DNA of 64,000 nucleotides from Nitrospirales bacterium (GTDB lineage: Bacteria; Nitrospirota; Nitrospiria; Nitrospirales; UBA8639): contig CBDBCZ010000013.1 in assembly GCA_965203295.1 (NCBI GenBank), positions 160,001 to 224,000 of the forward strand, in the 5' to 3' direction. The position numbers were made by a program, and so were the translations under genes. The stretch's first letter is position 1; every line of letters starts with the position of its first letter. Positions 15,001 to 27,000 of the stretch are shown here, one piece after another. The notes below the pieces were generated by a model. The model saw nothing but the letters and a program-made list of their open reading frames with translations, ran no database searches and was not told the DNA's origin.

Positions 15001-18000
15001 GCTGCGGAGTAAAATTCATTTAATAACGACAAGTTAGAATCTACCTGTGTTTTTGAACAAGAAATAATTGGCTGGGAACGAGTGAGTAGGTTTAGACTCA
15101 GAGTTTCATATAATACCCATAAATGAATGCTCACAAATGCACTAGTGTCTATTTAGTACTAAAGTCACATCCATGATCCAACTGTAATTTTTACATGTAA
15201 ACAAAATGGCTTTTAGCAATTTCAGGATAGCTATTCAGTGTACTCACGCCTGCAAGATGGTGGTGTAGGTTGAAATTCTGCACTGTCCATATCTACTAGT
15301 GCACATGTTGCAGTTATATTTCCAATCAGTTCAAAGCCCACATTACAGGTGTAAGTGGCCACATCACCGATGGAATTGCCGTTGAATGTCAGCATGCCGT
15401 TGTCAATGTCAACCGGATTATCACACAGTGCTGCAGAGTGATGTTCATTTGAATTATGACATGAATCAACCTACCTGCATTTGTGTGCAGGAGCATATTG
15501 GTCTGAGAATAAACTTCGTAGTTAGTTCCGAGTAGAGAACTAATATGATTCCATTGCATATTTCAAATGCATCATGACGTCGGAATGATAACATCCCTGA
15601 GCTTCTGTTAAGGGCGGGGCTGTAATGTGCTGTATAAATGCATCAATAGTTGTTGCATTTACATAGCGCACTTGAGCTAACTTTAGCCTTGTACCCAGGT
15701 ACATTAATTATGAAAAAGTGTGTCTGGTAACCAAAGTTTGTTTGTGCATGTGTGTAATTTCCCAGCAATCCATGGCAATAGAATACCATTGTGGGATATC
15801 CACGGTGTGATGATGCGAATCTCGTATACATGGCCGTGTTGTCAATTGTGCATGCACAATTAGCTGCTCATGTGTATAACTTCAATCACTTTTTTTCTTA
15901 CTCTAGCTATTCCTCACAGTATTGTTATTGCAAGTTGAACGAGATGCTTCAATGTTGCAGTACAGCTATTAGTACGTGGACTACATCATTTTACACTCTC
16001 ACTAATTATGTTGACGTAATTCGATACATACCAACTTAAATCCATGTGGATTTATTGCACTAATCACATGCAATTGCAAACAGCGGATTCCAGGCGACGA
16101 TTTTAAATGTACCTGGGTATAAGGCTATGCCCTTTACAGAAGTTCAGAGATATCCTGTTTCAAACATAGAGACACAATTGAAATATGAGATGGAAAAATG
16201 TTCTATTTCTTTCCAGGACTATCGCATGAAAATACATTTGTGACTGTTAATCCCTAAGCACATAGTACTATGATCGACACATATGTACGTACAACCAAGC
16301 CATTTCAGGACTTATATTTTGTATTTGTAGTACTCACGCCTGCAAGATGGTTGTGCCGGTTGAAATTCTGCACTGTCCATATTTACTAGTGTACATGTTG
16401 TGGTGGCATTTCCAATCAGCTCAAAACCTGAGTTACATGTGTAAGCAGCCACGTCACCAATGGAGTTTCCATTGAATGTCACCATTCCGTTTCCAATGTT
16501 CACTGGATCATCACATAGTGCTGCAGAGCAAGAATAATGTTAACAGTGATAAAATGGAACCTTCCTGCTTTGTGTTTATACAAGGACTTATTGATATGGG
16601 AACAAGCTTCGTACTTGTAAACCTCAGAGATTTATCCTATACCCATTCAAGAATGCAGAGAAATGCACTTGTAGATGCTTTAGTACATAATATAAGCCAC
16701 ATGCAACCAATAAAAACATTTAGCCATTCCAAGTAGTTCTAGTTTATATTCAGTATTCTCACGCCTGCAAGTTGGTGGAGCCAGTCGATACTCCGCACTG
16801 TTCATGTCCAATAGTGTACAGATGGTTGTTGAATTCCCGATAAGCTCAAATCCAGAGTCACAGGTGTAAGTAGCCACATCATCAATGGAATTGCCATTGA
16901 ATGTCACCATGCCATTGTCAATATTGACTGGATCATCACACAATGCTGAGAGGAGGAATTGTTTGAAGAATGTCAAGTGACTCTACCTGCATTTGTGCAC
17001 ATGCAGGAACTGATTCATCTTAGAGGTTGTGACGTCAGATATTCATCAAGTACCCATACATGTACACACATTATGTACTGCAGTAGCTCTTTTAATTGTA
17101 CGAAGCACATTCTACTATGTATGTTGATGCATACAGCTGGTAATACCATAAAGCCATTCCAGGAAGTTTATAGTTACACTATTTATTCAGTGAACTCACG
17201 TCTACAAAGTGGTGCCGCTGGTTGAAATTCTGCTCTGTCCATATCCACTAGAGTACATGTCGTGATAGCATTTCCGATTATTTCAAACCCCAAATTACAG
17301 GTGTAAGTAGCCACGTCACCAACAGAGTTGCCATTGAGTGTCACCATGCCATTGTCAATGCCAACCGGGTCATCACACAGTGCTATAGTACAGAGTAGAA
17401 TTCACATGAATAATGTTATGATGCAGCATACCCTGCATTTGCATGCAAGAGCATGGACAGAACTTTAAAAGTTTTAGTAATTTATCCCATATCATGCACA
17501 ATATTATACTGAGCGTGAGCGAGCCCCACACTAGTGTGTTCAATTGAAGATTTGCCTGTGCGGTTACATGTGCACTCCACATACTACATATTGTGTGCAT
17601 CCATGATCCAACACAACAGGCGAAAGTTTTTCAGTCCACATCCCCTTATCCATGATCCACTATAGCAAAAATTTTAATTACAGAACACTTTTTTCAGCCA
17701 CTGCCTCTAGTGACCAAATATGGTGCAGCAATTTGTACACTTAGCTAACACAAATTGTCTAACTTGGGAAGTTATCACTGGTTTAATGCAAATTTTTCAA
17801 ACTCCTGTACACTTCAAAGGAGAGGTGCTCTGTAGACACCCAAAGTCAGTTAGAGGCAAAATATACCTCTCCTAGAGCTAGATGAGCGAACCGCTATATC
17901 TGGATGCCAGTCTACAAACTGTCGACCGGCAAGCCCCGACCATGCTGCAACACGTGAGGTCGCTCATGCTCGTCCCACATGCTCTGATTATACTATATTG

Positions 18001-21000
18001 TAGCATGGCAGCCATACAAATCAAAGGTACCGCCTACAGTTTATATAGTGTAGAAGTGTTATAACTGCCAGGCGTGTTCTAACTTCCAATTTATGCATGG
18101 TAGTTAGAACATGGCAATTAGGGAAGTTAGAACACGGCAGCTGTTGCAGCTGTCACGGTTCCTTTGATGTGTATGGCTGTCATGATACAAACCAGCTAAA
18201 CCACCCCCTAGACGCGTTTACCAGCAATACACTCGACACTTCCAGGTAAACGCGTCTAGGGGGTGGTTTAACTATAACTTAGATAAACCACACCACCCAG
18301 CGGTAGGGCTGTATGGAAAATATAGATTGCACTAGTGTACTCTAAAGCCTATACAGACCACAAGTGGTGTGGATTAACTGACTTGTAGCCCAGTGGCTTC
18401 AAATTATAGAGGTCAGCCTGATGTAGTACTACACTGAGCATGTGCAAGTTGTAATCTCCAGCCACTGCTATGTAATCAGTGCTGGATGGTGCAAATCAGT
18501 GAGTACGTTAGTCATAGACCCCTTAGGGTAATATGTAATATAAAAACCATAGCAGGAGATGTACGTATGATATACCACCTGCTGTGGAGGAGGTTTTTGG
18601 AAATATACTGCGAGGGCGGCAGGCCCGAGGGGTATATTCCCAGCAACCTGTGAACACCAGCAGGTGGTATAGCAATGATATCCACTGATTTGCCATGGTT
18701 CATAAGATATCTATCATGTCGAATTTTGATAAGGTGTATATCCTCTTACCGTTTCCATAGTAACATAGTATATAAATATATACTGATCCAACCACAGTTC
18801 AATATGTGCATACTCAAGGCATATATTGGCCTGTTGGTATACCTTGAATCCACCCTAACAAAGAGCTACGTGCGCATAAAATACACCGGGTAGCTCATTA
18901 GTAGAAAGGACACGTATTTATGGTGACACAAGCAACCAAAAAGGCTTGTAGCAACTTAAGCAGGTTAAAAGTCAGTACTTACGCCTGCAAGATGGTGGTA
19001 CTGGTTGAAAATCTGCACTGTCCATATCCACTAGTGTACACGTCGTGGTTGAATCTCCGATCAACTCAAATCCTGAATCACACGTATAAGTAGCCATGTC
19101 TCCAATGGAGTTACCATTGAATGTCACCGTGCCATTGGCAATTGTAACTGGATCCTCACAAAGTGCTGCAGAGCAAAATTCATGCGAATAATGGAATCTA
19201 ACTGCATTTCCGTACAAGACCTGATTGTCTAGGGGCGAGTTTAGTACGTAGTACTACTTTCTAAACTCGGAGATTCATGACATATGCATAAATGAATGCC
19301 CACAAATGTATAGTGTCTTTTTAGTACTAGACACACTACTATGATCTTCACATGTACAAAATGGCATATGGCTATGGCTGTTCCAGGGAGTTTATAGTTA
19401 TTCAGTGCACTCACGCCTGCAAGATGGTGGTGCTGGTTGAAATGTAGCACTGTCCATATCCACTTGTGTACATGTTGTGGTTACAGCTCCAATCAGCTCA
19501 AAGCCTGAATTACAGGTGTAAGTAACCATGTCCCCAACGGAGTTGCCATTGAATGTCACCACGCCATTGTTAATGTCGGACGGATCATCACACAGTGCTG
19601 CAGAGCAATAATCATGCTAATAATGCCATAATACAACCAACCTGGGTTTGCATGTGTGCAGGAGTAGATTGATCTGAGAATATGCTACGTCTTAGAGTTT
19701 ACACGAATGAATATGGAATCCCTCTTAAAAGACACCACCAATATAAGAACACCTCTGCACTTTACTGTGTCCCAAATAATATTATGTCTTCAAGGTCCTC
19801 AAGGTGTCCATATTAGATGGGCTCCACTGAAATACATTTATGGCTGTTTAGTACTAACCACATAATTTTATGATTGACACATACATGTACATAAAAAACA
19901 GTACATATATATATCCATTCCAGAAGTTATATTTATATTTGTTGTACTTACGCCTGCAAAATGGTGGTGCTGGTTGAAATTCTGCACTGTCCATATTCAC
20001 TAGGGTACATGTTGTGATTGCATTTCCTATCAGTTCAAAACCTGAATTACACGTGTAAGTAGCCACATCACCAATAGAGCGTCCATTGAATGTTACCATT
20101 CCATTTCCAATGTCCACTGGAACATCACACAGTGCTGCAGAGCAAGATTCATGTTAATATGGGACCTACCTGCTTTTGTGTACAAGGACTATTTGGTGTG
20201 GGAACAAGCTTAGTAGTTGTAAACTTGAAACATTTATCCCATACCTATTTATGAATGCAGAGAAATGCACTGGTAGATATTATTATAATGAATATTAAAG
20301 CCAGATTGATAGACATACATGTATGTAACCGAAAACGGCATGTAGCCATCCTAGGTAGTTTATAGTTATTCAGTGTTCTCACGCCTGCAAGATGGTGGCG
20401 CCAGTTGAAATTCTGCACTGTCCATATTCACTAGTGTACAGGTGGTTGTTGAGTTTCCGATAAGCTCAAATCCAGAGTCACAGGTGTAAGTAGCCACATC
20501 ACCAATGGAATTTCCAGTGAATGTTGCCATGCCGTTGTCAATATTTACTGGATCATTGCACAGTGCTGCAGAAAAAGTTTCCTCTCAAGATGGTTTGCTT
20601 TTGTGTGCATGCAAGGACTGAATGATCAGGTAAGGAGTTTTCAGGCAGATATTTAACATATACCCACACACATATGCACATAAATGCACTAATGACCTTT
20701 TTGTACAAAAACCATTTCTTTTAAATTATGTATGTAGACACACTCAGCTGAGAATGGTAGCCATTCCAGAAAATTATAGCGTTTATTCTGTGTACTTACG
20801 CCTGCAAGATGGTGGTGCCGGTTGAAATTCTGCACTGTCCATATCCAATAATGTACAAGTTGTGATTGCATTTCCGACAAGCTCAAAACCCGAATCACAG
20901 GTGTAGGTAGCCACGTCTCCAATGGAGTTACCATTGAGTGCTACCATGCCATTGTCAATGTCAACCGGATCTTGACACAGTGCTGCAAAACATGAACAAT

Positions 21001-24000
21001 GATAAAATGGAACCTACTTGCATTTGTGTACAGCAGTAGAATGCTATTAAAATTAGCTTAGAAGTGGTATACCTCAGAGATTCAACTCATACTCGTACAT
21101 GTATGGATACTTGTAGGTTTTTTAATAATGTAAATAGAGTCAATACACCAGGAAAGACAGAATATCCTGTCATTTTGATGATTATCAAGCCTGCACAACT
21201 TGTACAGTCAACCACATGCTCTGTTAGCTGGTCTTCGCTGCTGTCGGTTTTGTAAGTCTCTTTCTGCTGCCAGCCATCACTTCATTGCTGAGACATAGAA
21301 GCCACAAGTGTTAAACCTAGTCCGCTTTAGACTTCAGTGAAACAGAACGTTAACATAGTCAACAGTTTCACTAGACCAGATGGCTAATTAGCAGCACCCA
21401 GAAATGTGCCAACAGGCTGAGGAGGACAGATATTGTAGCTGCTGCTGCAGCAGTAGCTTTGCCAGTAGCTGTCAGGGGCTCTGTGCCAGCTAGCTGGGTC
21501 ATGTGAATTTGCTACACACAACACAAATGCTTGTGTTGTGTGTAGCAAATTCACATGATTTAGTTAACACACTGATGTCTGCTCCAGGTGGCAGACATCA
21601 GTGTGTTAACCAAATCTCCTAACATTATGACAAGGAGATCCAAAACTGACTGCAATGACAGTGGTCGGGGTGTACGTGTTGGCGGAACAGGGGAGATTAT
21701 TTGCCCAGTACAGCCCATTAAAAATACATGCAAACAGGAATAACACTATTTTCACCACGTCCCTGTTTAAATGGCAGCAGGGTCATCAGGTCTACTTTAA
21801 CCAGGGATGGTGGAACAGTTATAGTCACAAATGCTATGCAACTATGGCCCAGAGATCTTCAGAGAGTGCAGCAAAAGTACTTTGCAGTAAGTGACACACA
21901 TGACATCTTCGTTTTGTTCACATATATATATATCCCCATTCGAAGTGTTCACCATGATATACATATTATGTTGGTATAGCTATGTATCAACACTGCACAC
22001 TTATGTAGCCTAATGAAAATTGGCAGACAATGCTGCCAGCCCAGGCCTTGTGGACTAGGCCTGGGCTGGTAAGGTGATGCCAGCGCATCACCTTACCACT
22101 CCTGGCTCCTTCCAAGTGGCCAAGCAATATATTATCGTCAAATGGGTGAGGGGTACGTTCATTGGCACATGCTTAGGATGCCCTAAGAGTGTTAAATTAT
22201 GAATGACACATGCAAACTACCCATATTTCAAAAGGCTCATGATTATACTCTTAATTCGGGGTACTCACGCCTGCAAGATGGTGGTGCTGGCTGAAATTCT
22301 GCATTGTCCATATCCACTAGTGTACATGTTGTGCTTCCTTCTCCGATCAACTCAAAGCCCGAATTACAGGTGTAAGTAGCAATGGAACCAACTGTTCGAT
22401 TAGTGAATACCACATTGCCATTGTTAATGCCAACTGGTTCACTACACTGTACTGTAGGGCAAAAGAGCATTGATAAAACTTCAGAACAAAATCTATAGTA
22501 ATTCCCCTTTTTGCAATTGAGTTGCAAGTTTGAATCCAATGCTTTTTTTTACTGTCATGAGCTGTATGCAGTACTGACTTATGTATGTTCGCGTACTCAT
22601 CAAACTTACCATCATCATTAATTATAGTAATCATTCCATTTCCGGCAGTAGCTGAAATTATAACATTGTCTGTAGATACAGAGAGTTCAAATATCCTAAT
22701 ATTGAGTGTTTCATTTCCTTCTACCACGCCGTCATCAATGATTGGTACATTCACTGTTCGTGTTGAACCATCTGTAGCTCCAGATTCAAAAGTCAAGATG
22801 GCTGTAGTTGCAGTGTAGTCTGCACCAGCTATAACAGAAAGTGTGTTGTGATTAGGAATGGGTGTATAATGTTTGTCAGGAAGTGTGGTCGCAGCAGCAT
22901 AATAAACATATAGAAAAGTGTGCATGTAAAAGGCCTACTACATGCATGTATACACTATTCTCAGATATTTATTACTGTTGTACTTGACGTATACCTGTTG
23001 CAGTACTGCCAGCTACAACTGTTTCAAAAGTCACTCCGATATCAAAGGTAAGCATTCCACCAGTATACTCAACAACCACCACTGCATCTCCAACATCTTC
23101 ATCCACTGTGTATGTAGTTGGCATCAGACTGAATGTACCCACTGTACGTATGGGATTAAAATGATACAAATGAAGCAGGTCATCATTGCCATTTCTATTT
23201 GGCAGCTTTTATAAATATAGCAGTAGTTGAGATGAATGAGATAGCAAGTACTATGTACTCACAGTTTGTGTTCAGCAGCAGCCCACACAGCAAAAACACA
23301 CAATTATGTGAATTTTAAGCTCACTGGTTACAAACGAACTGGCATGATAAATACAGATTCATTATATGTAGACATACAGAAGTGTGCAGTTTTAGCTAAG
23401 GATTTTGTACGTATACCATGTCTTGAAAGCACTTTAAAATCATTCACAATTGGTTAGTCAACCAGTTCTAAACATTCATTTAAACAGATATGTATGGTCT
23501 TCCAATAAAAAAGACTTTCATCATTTAGTCATGAAATTTTAGAGCTTAAATCCTCTTTCAATATGGGAAGATTTTACCCATTTATAGTACAAAAATGACT
23601 GAGGAAGGCTGAAAATTACTGAAAAGTAGAGAAGGCCAGATTTACACTAATGCTGGGTACCATCATAACTAGCAAAGGTTGAACTTTCGTACAATATTTA
23701 GATCGTACACAGATGTGCCTTCCTGTCAGAGGTATGAATGCAGACATGAAGTTCCATTTTTGGCCCTTCCCAACCCTCTGGCACCGCCATGAGGCCCATA
23801 TACATAGCTAAATAATACACAAACACAATATCTTATTTTAGACTGTACTCCTTGCTTGCATGCATGTAAGCCTGGGTTCACTGGTATGATGTGCTCCAAC
23901 CAGCTAGTGCATGGTGTATTGGATACATAGTGATGACACATTTGCAAGAGTTATTAAAGGAGTTCTAGCATCAAGCATTTTAAGTGCATTATGTTCTGAA

Positions 24001-27000
24001 GGAATTGAGTGGTTTACAGGAAACACAAAAGGCTTGGTTTTATAGACCACCAGTTAGAGTGAGTGGTCAAACAAAGCAACCCTATAATAGTACACAACTA
24101 TGGCATACTTTGCTTGTAGTTTGATTGGTGTTTTACAATATAATATACTCCACTTGATATATTCATACTGTATGCAGATCATGCATGAAATCCTCTAACT
24201 AGAGGTACATACTATAGATTTCATATCAACTTACCATCATTGTCAGTAATGGAGATACTCGCAGAAGAAATTTGCAACAGAATTTGTCCCCTAGGGTTGT
24301 TTTGTGGACTCAAAGCAACATTGAATACTTCCTCAACTTCAACCAATGTGTCATCAATGATCGTAATATCAAAACACTGTGGTGTCAACAGGTTAGAGGA
24401 ATCAAAGGTCAGAGTGAGGACTGCTGGTGAGGCAGTCCATTCATAGTCCACACCGCCACCTTCGTGAAAAGAGGTAACACATTTAATACATCTATACTAA
24501 TAATGGATATATCACAGTAAAATAGTATCAATACTAACGTGCACATACCAATCGCTGTTCCATCAGATAGTGATAGGTCAACCTCAAAGGTTTCACCAGC
24601 AATGTCATTCAGGTCTCCAGTACCCACTGAACCTGAAACACACACCTCCACAGTAGGAACACCTTCAGCTGCATCATAGCTGGTTGCATCAAGGGTCAGA
24701 AAAACGGCAGCTACAAGTACAGAATGGTATGAATACAATTACATGCTTAGCTGCCAGAATGCATATGATCTCATGCATATTCCTGAAACACAATGTCTTG
24801 AATGGTGAATTTTTTGCCCAACATGCGGCAAATGCCCCGAGTGGTTCCAAAAGTATCCTAAGCGACAAATCTTGTAAGGTAAAAGGAGGGTAACTTCTGA
24901 CACGTAGGTAAGTTCGGACACTTGCTAGGGAACGATGTACGATATACAGTGCATGACACTGTACATCGTTTGCTAGCGAGTGTCCGGAGTTAGCTGCAAT
25001 AATAAACACGTCCAAAGTTACTCCCATTTACCTTACCAAATCAATCCACTTACATACGTTTTGTTTCTACTGAACTTTAATGGTTTTGATAGAAAAAAAA
25101 ATGAACCCCAAAACGGGGTCTGATAGAAATTTTGATCAAACTTGCTGTAATTTCGCGAGACCTGTATATTACTTGAATATTCCTGGAAACGCGTTTTAAC
25201 ATTGCGCAATATACAGGAAAATGTGTCGTTACGTAATCAATTAAGTAATAACAACTCGTTTTCTTGTCTCAACTTCCGAAAAGGTAGGCCTGCTATTATT
25301 CCATGTAGTTATTACAGCGCCCAGGTACAACCATACAAGATAGTAGATTAGAAGGTAGTAGTTACTTCTACGTACTCTACTATCTATGGTATAACCGAAA
25401 GTGTCAGTGACTTTTAGCACGTCAAAGCTTTATTTGATGGCAAGCAGGGTCTATTTACAGAGTCCCACAAACCTCTCCTGTCCTGTATTTGACAAGGGGA
25501 AAATGGCACTATTCAATGTGGTTCAAACGTCTTTGTAACTACAATAAATAGACTTAAAATTGTACACATCCAGCCCATATTGTCAGCACTCCAATCTAGG
25601 CCACTAGAGGCATTGGAATGTTCGTGAATCTCATAAACCATAAATTTCTCACCATATCTCCTTTTAGAAACTAAATGTCAAAAATCCTTTCATATAACCT
25701 TTCCTAGTTACCTCCCAACGATCACAACGGTATAGGTTTTGCCCCCACTGTAACCCTTCCTTCGTACAAAACATTATTCATCTATTGCTCCAGTGAATAA
25801 ATGAATATAGCTAATATTATCTTTCCCGGGCTTGCTTGCACGCTCAGGCTGGCAGAGTTTCAGTGAGGCTGCAACACTGCAGTTCCTGGAGCGACCATGT
25901 CTCGTTGTGATTGGGGTCTCTTCGGAGCTAGGGAGAGATTTTACCGCTCGGCTCCTAGCAGGGCTCTGACGACACAGTCATTTGTAATTAACGAGACGTG
26001 AAGTTGCAGTGCACTGCCAGTGATTGAGAACACACCGAACATTTTTTACTACTCTGTGGAGCTGTACTGTAGCAGGGACTAGCTACTCTGCTAGCCTGTT
26101 AACTGGAAGAGTGTGTTTGCTAATAGATGAGTCCTACCACAATAGAAATAAGGGACGAGAAGGTTAGGCTTGGTTTTCTGGTTTGTGGGTGGAATGTGAG
26201 AATCTGTTCGAAACTCTATCATAATATCGTCTGTGGCATTATGCGATTATATATGCCAAAGCGGTTCACCAGAAGTAGACTTCTTGAAAGAGGGAGCCTA
26301 TGCTGATTTCCAGTCGACTCTTGAAGCATGCACTGAGAAATGAAGCTTCTAAAGAGAGCTGGCATGGGCACACACAAGCGACAAGCAGTGCTACTGACAA
26401 AGGAGTTACTATGAGGGACCATTCTTCACCGGCACTACTGAACAGTGTCTTTTCTTTTTTCAATGGCGTTTGAAGCTCTCAGAAGCGGTGATGAGCACTG
26501 ACGATTGTGCTTCAAGAATCGCCAAATTCAAGTGGTGGAGAAGCTAAGAGAGTGAGCCTGCCCTACAATGTACACAGAGGACTCCTCTAAGAACAATCAA
26601 GGATTACTCAAAGGCCGTAAGCTCAAGATACGTAAAAGAAGTCTTTCACCACAAAAACAAAGACCACTCCTTCCAGGTGCCAGTATACCTATTCTGGCTC
26701 TACAATAGCCTATATATGCCCTAAAGATCGTCCAGAAGCTTTTTCTACCATTACATTTTACACTACTTATGGCAAGGTCTAAATTTAATATACATTACCA
26801 TGGCAACCACTTGCCCCCCCCCCCGCTTATAGCACTCAAAGGAGGGCGCACACAGGGATCATTGCTATACCAATGTATATTAAATCAGTTAAAGAGCGAG
26901 CGATTGAACTTTTTGGCTTTGCCTCGGACTTTAAACTCCCCTAGGCCTCACCCAAATTCCTTTAACTATTACTATTCTAAACTGTATTATGTATTCCCAT

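Larger units (their letters stand above)
1..22451 (-). repeat. Tandem array of 41 single-exon sushi/CCP modules (40 complete, 1 partial)
   Basis: Low coordinates of exons (183 nt unless noted): partial 1-70, 268, 681, 1081 (189 nt), 1470, 1857, 4387, 4776, 5189, 5619, 6065, 6480, 6901, 7293, 7708, 8120, 8512, 8926, 9346, 9738, 10153, 10558, 10979, 11390, 11801, 12222, 12633, 13044, 13455 (180 nt), 14478, 14819, 15248, 16338, 16763, 17200, 18983, 19415, 19952, 20383, 20800, 22269. Consensus ALCQDPVDIDNGMVTFNGNSVGDMATYTCNSGFELIGNATTTCTLVDMDSAEFQPAPPSCR. Confidence 0.95.

Noticed and set aside
164..20934. Many short sushi ORFs as separate genes
   Set aside because: They lack leaders and real starts; each is a phase-1 exon extended into intron sequence.
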